A DNA stretch of 64,000 bases from Leucoraja erinacea (GCF_028641065.1 NC_073385.1:48050001-48114000); one strand, 5' to 3'. Positions 12,440 through 25,147 are shown, numbered from the stretch's first letter. Program-made: numbers and translations. Notes: generated from the letters alone by a model not told the origin.

Positions 12440-13089
12440 GTAAGGATGTTTTCCAAAATTGCCCACTCTTTGTATATGAATGTTGAGATTGTTTGGAGCT
12501 TTGGCTCTGAACATGTGCTGCATCTATGACGGATGTTGGGGTGGCTTTGGTTCTAGTGAGGCAAGGTAGGTTGAACAGAGTTCCGTCGTCCAACAGATTA
12601 ATTCCACTCCGGTGGGAAAGCTTGTTGGAGAAAGACTGAGGAAATCGTTGGGTGATTATGAGACATTGTTTGACACTTGTCTACGCTGAGATTGGGTCGA
12701 TGCAGACCCATTTAAGATCCTGGCTTGTATGCCTTCATGTAGCAGAGATGAGAGAAAATCTTGCAGGCAACAAATTCAAGAACGCTGCTCCACAATTCCT
12801 CTAATTTGATGGTCAAAGATTGGTCAAAAAAGGTAAAATCTAGTTACTGAAATATAATTGATGGATATCTAGATTAAAAGATGCATTGCATGATACTAAG
12901 TATTTACAAGTATTTATTGCACCATAAATATATATTCAGAAAGTTACAGCATGGATTATCTTTCATATCCTCGGGATGCTTCAATATGCTGTATGATATT
13001 CCCGATATGCAAGTGATAACTTGTACAAATATAATTGTTAGGTTTTGCACGACATTCTCAAAAGCAAATAAAAATATACAACTTCTGTT

Positions 13090-13948
13090 AGCAATGTTAC
13101 AAAATTTTGAGATTTTAAAAATCAAGTCTGCAATTTATCCCATCAGATAAAGCATAACAATAAGTTTAATTTGACACCAAATTCACTTTCATATCTCAAG
13201 TATTAAAAAAGTTATGGCCATTTTCATACTCGGAAATTAGCATCTTGTTCCCTATTGATTTTCAATGGACATTACAAAAAAGCTGTGATCTTGGATAATC
13301 AAAAGCCCATTTCTTAAGGAAAGATTAACATTTTTAAATAGCCTAAGTGTCCAAAGATTATTCACAAATAATTCACAATATAACATGATTTTTATATCTA
13401 ATTTACATTAATTTATAGGCCAAATGGAAGGAATTTAGTGTTCAATTGCTGTAAATAAATGCCCATTTAAATCGGCTTTCTAGTGGGTTCATGTGAACGC
13501 GCTGGTTTAGAACGTTGAAATCGCGCTGGATTAGTGCCCTCAAATGCCGAGAAAAATACTGCGGGATATAAAAAGCCCAAAATGAACTACTCGCTATAGA
13601 TAACTTGATATATAGGGTTATATATATGCCCCATTTAATGTAAAAATAAGGTACATACCTTTAATTGTTTGCTTTATAAAACCCTGGGGCTGCGAGAGGT
13701 TGCGGAATGAGACAGTAATTTTAAATTATTATAACTATATTATCGAGGCCTATAAAACTAATAATACCTTTTGCGACCGGGTCTTGCAGCGATTTTTCGT
13801 TAATGATTTACTAGGCTGAACATCTGCGATTAGTACAGCCTAGTAAAAATCGCGTTTTAAACCCGCCCCCTCCAAACAGCGCCAAAATCGCGGACCTGGC
13901 TGTGGGCAGATTCCCATTGACGATTCAGGTAGGTTTTGTAACATACCT
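13090..13948. mobile_element. Non-autonomous DNA transposon with 9-bp TSD (Merlin- or MULE-like)
   Basis: TIRs AGCAATGTTACAAAA / TTTTGTAACATACCT; exact direct repeat ACTTCTGTT at 13081-13089 and 13949-13957. Confidence 0.8.
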
Positions 13949-14174
13949 ACTTCTGTTTGTGATGCTTGACACAATGATCGAAAATAATTACTTTCTTGGA
14001 AAGAATATGTATCTGTGATACCTCAAATGTCATTATTACTGTTTGCAAGTCCAGATGGCATTTGCATATTAATGGCCTAGAATTCATAAATTCTACCTTG
14101 AATTGCCAATAATGTAACATTAGTACCAATAGTTTATAATGACAATTATATTTAAAAAAAATTCTTGCCACCAG

Positions 14175-14279
14175 CTATATCCTGAAACATCTTGGCATCA
14201 AATACTTCTCAATGAAAGAAGTGGATCAACTTGGAATACAGAAAGTAATGGAAAAAACATTTGATCATCTCATTGGAAA
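14175..14279 (+). CDS. ARG2: Arginase-2, exon 6 equivalent
   Basis: [34 protein letters not shown](K); ccag/gtaagt. Confidence 0.95.
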
Positions 14280-14349
14280 GTAAGTAAAATAACTGTTAAA
14301 CCTGCCTATATCCTTCACACTGCCTGCACTGTCCAGCAATGATAGTTAC

Positions 14350-15930
14350 ATTGAACAGTACAACACAGGAACAGGTACTTTGGGCTATAATGTGTCTGCT
14401 GAACGTGATCTGAAAATTAAACTCTTATCTGCCTGCACATGATCCATATCCCACCATTCCCTGCATGTGTTGATCTAAAACACACTTAAATGCCATTATA
14501 GTATCTGCCTCCACTACCACCCTTGGCAGTGTATTTCAGACACCCACCACCATCTGTAAAAGGAATTTGCAGTGCACATCTCGGTTTAAACTTAGCCCCT
14601 CTTGCCTTAATGCTGTGCACTCTAATATTTGATATTTCTATCCTGGGGAAAATATAGGTATAATTCCATAGTGTACCTTTTCTATTCCCCACATAATGTT
14701 GTATACTTCTATCAGGTCTCCCATCAACCTCAAGTGTTCTCAAGAAAACAGTATTTCTGCCCAATCTACATTTGTTGCAAATAACCTCTCATCCAGGCAT
14801 CATTCTGGTAAATCACCTCTGCACTGTTTCCAAAGCTTCTCTACCCTTCCTGTATTGAGATGACCAGAACTGGACGCAATATTTCAAATGCCTAACCAAA
14901 GTCCTATAAGGCGGCATCATGACTTCCTGACTGTCAGACTAAATTCCATCTGCCATTTCTCTGCCCATTTCTGTAGCTGATCAATATCCTGTTGTAAACT
15001 TCGACAGTTTTGCTCAAAGTCCGCAGCTCCAGCAATCTGGGTGTCATCAACAAACGTACTAACCCACCCATTTACATTTATGTCTAAGTCATCTATATGT
15101 ATATTATAAACTGGAGATCACATCACAAATCGCTGCATAACTACACTGGTCACAGACCTCCGGCCTAAATATCATAATTCCAGCACAACTTTGTCTTCTA
15201 TCAATAAGTTAGTTATTAATCCATACAACCAAGTCATTGTTAACCCCATGCACTTTATTGTTTGGTTCAGTTTACCATGGGGGTGTTATCAAATACCATA
15301 CGAAAATCTAAGTTGACAATATCCATCGCCCTAATCCTCATTTTCACCTCCTTACAGAACATATCAGGAACATATGGTGCAATTAACCCATTGTATTGCA
15401 AATAGGAGTAAATCCTAGTCTGACGAATCCTCTTCAATAGAATTTCCTACCATGCCCGTGAGGCTCACCAGTCCATAATTTCCTGGATTCTCTCTAGTTC
15501 CCTTCTTAAATAAAGAAACTATGTTAGCTACTCTTCAGTCCTCCAGGACATCACCTGTGGCTAGAGAAAATGCAAAGATCTTTGTCCAGGTACCTGCATT
15601 CTTTTATCTCTGTCCATAACCTGGGATTGGTTCCTTCAGGCCATGGGGATTCATCCATATTCTTCAAACACCCAACACTGCCTCTTTAATCTCAAACTGC
15701 CCTTGCATATTAGTATTCTCCACACTGATCTAACTGCCTGCCATGTTCTTCACCTTGGTGATTACAAATACAAAGTACTCATTTAGTACTCCACCTACAT
15801 CACAGACTCAAATTCCCTTATCCTTGAGTGCTCCTAGCTTCTCTTATATTTAATGCACATATAAAAAGCCCCTGGAATTTCTTTAATTTGACTCGCCAAC
15901 ATAATTTTGTGGCCCTTCTAATCATTGTAT
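14350..15930 (-). mobile_element. Degenerate CR1-clade LINE
   Basis: Minus-strand CR1 3'-region and RT-like sequence, similar to 9560-10482 and 43930-44760. Confidence 0.7.
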
Positions 15931-16194
15931 TGGTTCTTATCACAGGACATAAAAGAAAGTTAATTTAGCTAAGTTCTCATGGAAGGATGGGGTTAAAGGT
16001 GAGAGAGTAGGTGGGGAATTGTACTAAAATTGTTCAGCAAGGTATTATCCAGATGATGTTACCTCCACTTTAAATTGTGGGTCAGCATAACATGCTTTCT
16101 AAAGCAATTTGTAAATTTCTTTAAAAGTATAGATTTGTTTATTTAAGAGGCAAAAATAAATGTGAATCCAACAACCTGGTGTGTTGCTTTACAG

Positions 16195-16328
16195 AAAAAG
16201 ACCATTGCACCTGAGCTTTGATGTTGATGCTATTGATCCATCTTTAGCTCCCGCTACTGGGACTCCAGTGATTGGAGGGCTAACTTATAGGGAAGGAATG
16301 TATATCGCTGAAGAAATCTACAACACTG
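16195..16328 (+). CDS. ARG2: Arginase-2, exon 7 equivalent
   Basis: [44 protein letters not shown]; arginase DxD signature. Confidence 0.97.
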
Positions 16329-16437
16329 GTATGAAACAATGTGTAGAAGCAGTTGGTTGCATAGCCAGAGATTAATTATTTTTAAGGCAGCTTTTCGCGC
16401 ATTGAAAGTTAACTTGTACCCATTGCTTCTCTGGCAG

Positions 16438-16640
16438 GAATGCTATCTGCAATGGATCTAGTGGAAGTTAATCCTAAACTTGCAAATACAGAAGAAGAAC
16501 TGAATGCCACAGTAAATATTGCCGTGGATGTTATTTCTTTTTCTTTGGGACAAGCACGGGCAGGATCGCATGGCAAATGTAGTGAAATACCAACTCCCGA
16601 TTCTGCAGATGAAACAAGTGAACAGACTGTACGGCTTTAG
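16438..16640 (+). CDS. ARG2: Arginase-2, last coding exon
   Basis: (G)MLSAMDLVEVNPKLA...GQARAGSH...IPTPDSADETSEQTVRL*. The extended C-terminal tail and the VTI1B neighbour indicate ARG2 rather than ARG1. Confidence 0.95.
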
Positions 16641-17102
16641 AACTGACAAAAGACAAGTTGGCTGTTACAACAACCCCATCATTCAGAACTCTGAGAGAAA
16701 GGACTTTGGGGCTGGGGGGATCTTGTAAAAACGTTCCGGTCTTTGTTCTACATACTTTCATTTTGGGATTCTCTAATAGGGCATTGTTCTCTGACCATCG
16801 GCTGACATCCCACTTCTCTACAAGGTATTACGAACAACCTTCAGCTCTGAGCTTTCCAAACATTCCAGTATGAATAGGATTGGAGCCAATACCCTATTCA
16901 ACTATCTGGAGAGAGATCTGGATCACTCGAAGCATCACCTCTGGCAGAAGATGTAAATCTGCTGGCAGAAAGGCTCTGTTCTTGTATGTTAAAACTGTGA
17001 TTGGTACTTCTCCTTCCAAAATGGTCGAGCATACTTTTTAAATGACTTGACCTCAACAGAAACATGTTCAAGCCCCTTAGGACATGTTACATATCAAATG
17101 AC

Positions 17103-17111
17103 TTTATTAAA
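17103..17111. terminator. Overlapping candidate poly(A) signals: AATAAA (-, VTI1B) and ATTAAA (+, ARG2)
   Basis: TTTATTAAA lies between the convergent stop codons at 16640 and 17366. Confidence 0.5.
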
Positions 17112-17365
17112 ATTTTGTGCACATCACTACAATGTAGTTATTCGCAGTAGCATTTAAAGAATTGAAGTGCAAATTTAAAATTGCTTCACCTCAGACAAAA
17201 GTAATTCCTGTAATGAGAAGGGTCTTCTCAGCAGGTTGAAGTCCTCTCAGCAGGTTGAATACATAAAGAAAAATTATTCATCGGTATATGGATTTTCATG
17301 TACTTCAATCATCTTCAACTATGAATCCTAGGCACTGCAGCCAATCTATATATGCATGACTTAAG

Positions 17366-17462
17366 TCAATGGTTGTGAAAAAACTTGAGGTATACAACAG
17401 TTCCAAGAATTGCCACTTCCAGAAGAATAATAATGCCCAGTAACAGCTTGTTTGTCATAATC
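17366..17462 (-). CDS. VTI1B: Qb-SNARE VTI1B, exon 6 (TM anchor, stop)
   Basis: (R)IMTNKLLLGIIILLEVAILGTVVYLKFFHNH*. Confidence 0.95.
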
Positions 17463-18057
17463 CTGGAGAGATAAAAACATTAATTTGAGAAATGTTACGC
17501 CTAGGTCAAACACTGGCTTTTATAGCGGGGAGAGATCACTTTTATATGGCACTGAAGGGTTGGGGAAGAGATTTTCAGATTTGTTCCTATGCACTGCTTC
17601 AGTAAGAAAGCAATTTTTTTCTCATCATAAATTTTAGGTGAATTTTTTTCCTCTGGGTGTTCAGCTACACAAATGGAGCAACAATTAATTAAAAATACCT
17701 GCTTTGTATTCAAATTGTGTGACATTGGATGCTTATTCGCATTCCCTAAAAAAAACAAGGGAGTAAAGGTGCAAGTCCACATCAGTAAGTATCCTAAGGC
17801 CCAGTTTGGACATTTTTCAAATTTAAATATCAAAACAGCTGGCGCTCAAGTTATGCAGGGTACAAATACACTACTGCCTTTACAGTTCTATGGATGGAAA
17901 TGTACAGTACTGGCTGCAGAAAATAATTCCTGCTAAACTTATTTCAGATGCAACTTATTGAGAGCAGTGCCGAGGGGCTAGATTTCTTTGTTGCCTTGGA
18001 CAATATGTGGTACTAACTTTGTTACATCAGGCAATTTTAGTTGCTCTTAACTCTTAC

Positions 18058-18119
18058 CTTCTGGACATGGCACGAAGTATTTTCCGACTTCGACTCAAAT
18101 TCTCACCTGTATTAATTAG
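18058..18119 (-). CDS. VTI1B: VTI1B exon 5
   Basis: LINTGENLSRSRKILRAMSR; gaag/gtaaga. Confidence 0.95.
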
Positions 18120-18259
18120 CTTCAGAACAAAAAACAGAATTAATATCTCCTTGTTTGATGTGCATAAATGTACAACTTTTGATATTTTCAGATTGGAGCA
18201 TTTTATATTCTGGTATTTCCAAAATAAATGTTGTACTTGCATACCTAGTGAGGACTTAC

Positions 18260-18433
18260 CCTATCTTTTGAACGTTCCAGTTGCTCTCTCTGCTCTCCAA
18301 GTTCTTCAATTATTTCTGAACCTATCTGATCAGTCTCTGCTGCTATCCTTTGAGAACGGTCTACACTCTGGCTAGCTCTGGCAAGACTGTCTGTACCTTG
18401 CAAAAGCAAAGCACGCTGGGAGCTTAAGTGACT
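18260..18433 (-). CDS. VTI1B: VTI1B exon 4 (SNARE motif)
   Basis: SHLSSQRALLLQGTDSLARASQSVDRSQRIAAETDQIGSEIIEELGEQREQLERSKDR. Confidence 0.97.
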
Positions 18434-18610
18434 CTGCAACAGAAAAAGATTGTTATTGGAAATTACTGAAAATCTGAAATGCTTATGAGTCTGTTTTTAA
18501 GTAGGACCTCAACTAAAGATTTAATTTCCTTAAACTTTAAGATTTACAAGATTATTTTGCCAAGCAAATCATTACACCCAGATTCAGGGAGAGGGGTGAG
18601 GAGAGGGAAA

Positions 18611-19124
18611 CAGAAACAGAAATTAAGTGCAGGAGTAGGCCATTTGGCCCTTCGAGCCTGCACCACCATTCCATATGATCATGGCTGATCATCCAACTCG
18701 GTATCCTGTACCTGCCTTCTCTCCATACCCCCTGATCTCTTTAGCCACAAGGGCCAGATCTAACTCCCTCTTAAATATAGCCAATGAACTGGCCTCAACT
18801 ACCTTCTGTGCCAGTGAATTCCAGAGATTCACCACTCTCTGTGTGAAATGTTTTTTTCTCATCTCGTTCCTAAAAGATTTGCCCCTTATTCTTAAACTGT
18901 GACCCCTTGTTCTGGACTTCCCCAACATCTGGAACAATCTTCCTGCATCTAGCCTGTCCAACCCCTTAAGAATTTTGTAAGTTTCTATAAGATACCCCCT
19001 CAATCTTCTAAAATCTAGCGAGTACAAACCGAGTCTATCCAGTCTTTATTTATATGAAAGTCCTGTCATCCCAGGAATCAGTCTGGTGAACCTTCTCTGT
19101 ACTCCCACTATGGCAAGAATGTCT
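18611..19124 (-). mobile_element. Young CR1 LINE 3' fragment
   Basis: YSLDFRRLRGYLIETYKILKG..SRTRGHSLRI..FTQRVVNLWNSL (ORF 18689-19027), plus CR1 3' UTR. Confidence 0.9.
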
Positions 19125-19670
19125 TTGAGCATTGGACATTGTGACATCACACGATGGAACGTTCACCAGGGGCTGGGGCTCCTGCAAAGGCATATGTAAA
19201 TGAATCCATTCCGATTGGATATATGTAAACATTGGGCATTGTGACATCACATGATGGAACGTTCACCAGGGGCTGGGGCTAGGGCTGATTCTATGGGTGA
19301 GATGCCAGTTTTTTTTTTTGAAATATTGGGGGGGGGGGGGGAAGGATTTGATTAAAAACGTGTACTTAAACACGACGAAATGTAATGAGGAGCGGATACT
19401 TAGAAAGAAAAGTGAAATCTCTACCGAAATGGAAAAGATGTGGGCGGTTCTGCGTCTGGTTTCGGAGTTGCAGTAAATCAAAAAAGAAATGCAGCCGGCA
19501 GCCGTACATGTAAATGGATCCATTCCAATTGGACATCTGCGAGCATTGGGCATTGTGATTGGACATCTGCGAACATTGGGCATTGTGACATCACACGATG
19601 GGAACGAATCAAAAGGCAGAAAGGAAACGGCAACCGGTCGGATGGCACGAGGGTTTTATATATTAATAGA
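19125..19670 (-). mobile_element. Helitron-like non-autonomous element (5' part) with internal tandem repeats
   Basis: Minus-strand start A|TCTATTAATATATAAAA; repeated cattgggcattgtgacatcacacgatgg units; the aaatctctaccg motif is shared with ~21950 and ~37875. Confidence 0.55.
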
Positions 19671-19711
19671 TAGATAGAAGATAGATAGATAGATAACAAG
19701 TTACTGCAAAT

Positions 19712-20890
19712 AGAAACATAGAAAATAGGTGCAGGAGTATGCCATTCTATATGATTATGGCTGATCATCCAGAATCAGTACCCTGTTCCTGCTTTCTTCC
19801 CATATCCCTTGATTCTGTTATCCCCAAGAGCTATATCTAACTCTTGAATACATCCAGTGAATTGGCCTCCACTGCTATCAGGCAGAGAATTCCACATATG
19901 AAGGCCAACATGCCATTAGCATTCTTCAATGCCTGCTGTACAAGGACACCTAGGTCTCATTGCACCTCCCCTTTTCCCAATCTGACACCATTCAGATTAT
20001 AATCTGCCTTGTTTTTGCCACCAAAGTGAATAACCTTACATTTATCCACATTAGACTGCATCTCCCCACTCACCCAACTTATCCAAGTCATTCTGCAGCC
20101 TCATAGCAACCTCCTTGCAGCTCACACTGCCACCCAATTTTGTGTCATCTACAAACTTGGAGATGTTACATTTAGTTCCTTCGTCTAAATCGTTAATATA
20201 TATTGTAAATAACTGGAAAGGCCCATTAATTCCTACTCTTTGCTTCCTGTCTGTCAGTCGGTTCTCTATCCATGTCAATACCCTACCCCTAATACCATAT
20301 GCTCTAATTTTGCACACTAATCTCTTGTGTGGGACCTTGTCAAAGGCTTTTTGAGTTAAGATACACCACATCCACTGGCTCTCCCTTACCCATTCTACTT
20401 GTTACATCCTCAAAATTCCAGAAGACCAGTCGAGCATGATTTGCCCTTCATCGATCCATGCTGACTTTGACCGATCCTGTCATTGTTTTCCAAATGTGCT
20501 GCTATTACATCTTTAATAATCGACTCGAGCATCTTCTCCAGTACCGATGTAAGGCTAACTGGTCTATAATTCCCTGTTTTCTCTCTTAAAAAGTGGGGTT
20601 ACATTTGCTACTCTCCAGTGCACAAGAACTGATCAGTTTAAAATGATCACCAATACATCCACAATTTTTATGGCTTCCTCCTTGAGTACTCTGGGATGCA
20701 GACCATCAAGCTGAGGGGATTTATTTGCCTTCATCCCAACAGTTTACCCATCACCATTTCATGACTAATGTGAATTTCCTTCAGTTCCTCTGTCACGTTA
20801 GATGCTCTATTCTCTCGTATTTCTGGGAGATTTTTTTGTGCCTTCCTTAGTGAAGACAGAACCAAAGTACTTGTTTAACTGGTCTGCAAA
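19712..20890 (-). mobile_element. CR1 LINE fragments (RT and 3' end, internally deleted)
   Basis: QKAFDKVPHKRL..FTIYINDLD..ISKFVDDTKLGG (ORF 20051-20371). Confidence 0.88.
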
Positions 20891-21183
20891 TGTTGTTTTA
20901 TACCAAGGATAGACTCAAAATACTGGTAGGCGGCATCTCTGGAGAAAATGGATAGGTGATGTTTTGGGTCGGTACCCTTCTCCAGCTGATCCAGTATTTT
21001 GTGTCTGTCATTGCTTTTATAGACTTGCCTAAGGGAATAAAGCAATTTTTAAATTCCCAAAATGCTTTATTATGTTGCTGTTTGATTAACTTGGTATAGT
21101 AAAAATCATTTTATTTTCAAAAATTAAATAGAACAAGGGAAGCTGGATAGGCAAGCAAATGAATGCCTGAGTTTTAAAGTGAA

Positions 21184-22065
21184 CTAGACCAAGAGGGACC
21201 CGTTGGGTCCCATCCCATCCCATCAACACGCGGTTGCGGGGGGGGGCCTGTGGAGTTACACACACACACACACACTGGGCACCTCCCTCACACACGGGAG
21301 GGGTGGGGGGGGGGGCGAGAGGAGTGGGAAGGGAGGCGGTGCAGAGGAGGGTGGTGGGGAGAGACGGACAGAGAGGAAGAGTGGGACAAAGTGGTACAGA
21401 GAGGGAGGGGGGGAAGAAGGGGCATGTGAGAGGGAGCGTGTGGGGGGGCAGAGATGGAGGGGGGGGGGGGGGCGCGAGAGTTTCAGAGGTTGGGTTGGGG
21501 GGGGGGGGGGCGCGTTGTCAGAGTTGAGGGCTGGTTCTCGAACGCAATAATCACTTGCTCCTGGCAGATCGAACAAGAAGACAAATTGGTTTTTTTCAAA
21601 GGTCTTGCGAGCGGCGCGGCCGGGCGAGTTCTTCAAAAGCAAGCCGGAGACCTCTGGATCTGCAGAACCCTGCCCATTCTTCCTGCAATAACGACCGCTG
21701 CCGCCATGTTGTTGAACTTCAAGAAGCCCAGCGGAGTGTGCTGGATGACTTGATCACGTGTTCCCGGGCTTCAATCCACGTAACTGGCTGCGCATTGAAA
21801 AGTCTGCGCAGCTGGTCGCGAGGAGCAAAGGCATTGTGACGTCATGCAGCTCGCTTCTGATTCAGTTCTATTTTAAAACAATTTTAGTAAAAAACTTGGG
21901 AAATAATTAACCAGATTTTCAGATGAGGAGATTTTTGAATTCATGACGTAAATCTCTACTGGAATATATAAACATTTCACTGTTACCACCTGGTTTTGAT
22001 GGAGATATGACTGACAACCAACCAAACAAACAAACTAATGAAAATAAGTTGTAATAGTTATATGA
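21184..22065 (-). mobile_element. Non-autonomous Helitron with GC-rich cargo
   Basis: Minus-strand 3' end GGGACCC-AAC-GGGTCCC hairpin followed by TCTTGGT-CTAG|T; 5' end A|TCATATAACTATTAC; insertion between A and T. Confidence 0.75.
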
Positions 22066-22707
22066 TATGATGCCCCCCGACAAACTGGGTATTTCCTTCC
22101 AAACAGTCCTACATTAAATATGGGCCTAGGACCACAACATAATAATGCAAACTGAAACAGAATCTGACTGAAGAGTTACAGATTGTACAGAAAAAATAAA
22201 TAATGATTTAAATGCACAATCGGACAATCATATTGGAATAAAATAAACTTATGGTTATGGTTATGGATCAATGCAACTGACACAAGAATCTCAGGTGTCA
22301 AATGATCAATTACTTTAACTAACACAATTACATCATTGGTGAGTTTCACAAGTTACCAATAAAAAAGAATAATGCTAATTGTGTATAAACACAAAAAGCG
22401 AGAGTAACTCAGCGGGTTAGGCAGAGAGAGAGAGAGTAAAAGATATGCAAAAAGTTATCATGATCAAGGAAAGGTGGAGCCCACAATGATCCATTATTGG
22501 CAGTGGGCTAGGTGTTAACAAATTATACAGACAGTGAAATTAGTACGATGAATAGGGTGGGGGACGAATGCAAAATTGACACTGGGCAGCAGATAAAAAA
22601 TATTACAGAATAAGTGGCATATGCAAAACGGAATTTACTGTCAATAAATCTACGGTGCAAAACGGGATTTAATTCATGCCTCATTATACTTTAGTTGCAG
22701 TACTTAC

Positions 22708-22893
22708 ACTTTGTTCATTTTCAGCACCATGCACTGTATACTTAAAGTCACTTTGTACTCCATATCCAGTATTGACATTTCTTGCATCGCGCTGTAGCTT
22801 GATGACATCTTTTCTGTATGATCGGATTTTGATATTCATCTGATTACGAAATGATGATGGTGCATTCCTCAATTCCTTTTCCATTCCATCCAA
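22708..22893 (-). CDS. VTI1B: VTI1B exon 3
   Basis: LDGMEKELRNAPSSFRNQMNIKIRSYRKDVIKLQRD...ENEQS; ctag/gtaagt. Confidence 0.95.
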
Positions 22894-23057
22894 CTAGAAA
22901 CAATAGTATCCAGGAATAAGGGCAGCAGGTTTACAACAGGCTTAAACTATGCCCCCTAAAATTTGTAGCCAAATTAATTGAGTAAACAGTCATGCAATGG
23001 GAACTAAAATATTCAACTGAGTGACTTTTAATTATGTCTCTCTAATTTGGTACTTAC

Positions 23058-23113
23058 AATTTCATTTGCTTCCTCCACCTTTTCATCTATTTCCCGTAGA
23101 AACCTTTTCTGAT
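23058..23113 (-). CDS. VTI1B: VTI1B exon 2
   Basis: (D)QKRFLREIDEKVEEANEI; gcag/gtaagt; phase 1 fits exon 1. Confidence 0.9.
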
Positions 23114-23665
23114 CTGCAAAATATGAAATAATTTTAAAAAGCACGATTTCAATAAATAATAGGTTGCTGCATGATTCAGTCCTCACAAGCCCATTAACAA
23201 CACCAACCCCCATTCCACCAGCTTCAGGTAGTAACAAAAACAAATCTTGAATATTTTATCTCCGTTTTAATTCTCGGGGCCATTGAGTTACTGGAGAAAA
23301 AGGTAACATGGTTTGATCTGTAAAATTATTTGGATTACTTTGTGCTCAAAGTATGGTTAGAATTATCTTGAGTACGAGATCTATATAGGTCAGTGACTGC
23401 TTATTTACAGACAACTACACACTAGTTCCTTCAGTGCTACAGATATTTATGATTCCAATGCCTGTATTATTTTAACTGGTCTAGCACTGTATTTTTCAAT
23501 TATACTTTTGATAATTCTTCAGTGGATTATCGTCAACTAATTGTGATCGCCTTTGCATTCCCACGTAATCATGTTTGCAGCTGAAGAAAAAAAAGCAACA
23601 AAATTCTAGGGTAAAAAGGATTTAAATCATTTACAAAATCCTTGACACAGCTAGTAAATCAGTAC

Positions 23666-24030
23666 TCACAATCACAATAATACTTTATTAGCCAAGTATG
23701 TTTTGCAACATACGAGGAATTTCATTTGCCAAGTCATACAAATAAAAAGAAACAAAACATACAAAATACATTTTAACATAAACATCCACCAGTGACTCCT
23801 CCACATTCCTCACTGTGATGGAAGGCGAAAAAAAAAGTAAAAATCTCTTCCCTTCTTTACTCTCTCACGGTCGGGGACCTCGAGCCCTCCATTGATGGGA
23901 CGATCTTGACGCCCATAGCCGGCGGCGTTTGAGCCTTCCGCATCGGGGCATTCAGATCCTGCATCGGGGGATGTCAGCTCCCCCGCACCGGGCGATCAAA
24001 CCCCACGTCGGGGCTGGTCGAACCTCTGCG
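23666..24030 (-). mobile_element. GC-rich non-autonomous retroposon with Rex1-like tail
   Basis: ccttccatcacagtgag core shared with ~36727 and ~56735; tail aataaagtattattgtgattgtga. Confidence 0.55.
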
Positions 24031-25147
24031 TTGTTGGTTTTACAGGCTCCAACATTTTGTGGGATTTCACTTGAGTCGATACAGGGACGATGTTTCCCCA
24101 GGCTGCAGAGTCCAGAAATAGAGATCACACCCTCAGAATAAGCCAATCCTGACAAAGTCTAGAAGATATGTTCAACTGGAGCGCACTGAACCTTTGGAAT
24201 GTTCCACACGAGAAGATTCAGTCACTGCATATCAGCAAGGACATTAAAAAATTAAGGGAATCGAGGTAGGGGTTGGAAAAGTGTCACTGAGCTAAAAGAT
24301 GACAAACAATCTTACTGAATGATAACAGCAGAACACAAATTAAAAGGGCTACTACTATTAGAAATTACTAATTACAATTTGTGTTACAGGTGGGTAAACT
24401 CATCCATTGCTGAACCTTGTCGAGGTCTTTATCAAGATAAAGAACCTTATTAATGTCTTTATCAAGATAAAGACATTAATAAAACTAGTTTTGCCCAAAA
24501 CAAATAGAAGCCTGGCAGACCTGGATATGAGCTAATGTGTCAGCTCAAAGCTCTTCTGAGACTTCTCACCAGAAATAAACACACATGCTTGCATTGCTCG
24601 TCAATACAAGGTTGGCTGTGATGCAAATTAGGGAATATACGGCCTGAGCACTTCTCATCATGCACCATTAAGTGAGCTTGTCTTAGTTGCAAGCTTGTGA
24701 TTCCAATGCCTGTGGAATTCATTATTCAATTTTACCATTGTTAAATTCAGAAATATTACCTTTTTAAGTACTTACATCAGAACAATGCGGAAAATCAAGA
24801 CTGTATATCTGGATAGCATTGCTAAGGAAGATCACACACTGAATTAATTTATTTTAAACTGAGATCAGAATGCCAGTGCATAATCAATTGCCATGCAGCA
24901 GGCTATTTAAAACATTAACAGGTTTCCACTGTCTCAAAACTGTCACTGTTTTTTTTTTAAATCACAAGCACTACAAAAAAGTTATCAACTTTAAAAAAGA
25001 TGAATAGCTACTTCCTTCAGGCATGAGAAAGGAATAAACAGCACAAGTGAACACTGAAATACACTTCCTTAACATTTGGGCCAAATCATAATCAGGAGTT
25101 GTCTTTCGGACATGTAATTATAGTTGCAGAATCATATATTGTAATAT

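Noticed and set aside
17226-17258. 15-bp tandem duplication (tctcagcaggttgaa) in the VTI1B 3' UTR
   Set aside because: Ordinary slippage duplication with no evidence of function.
19127-19600. Spaced direct repeats superficially like a CRISPR array
   Set aside because: Eukaryotic intron; the intervening segments are themselves repeated; internal tandem repeats of a Helitron-like element.
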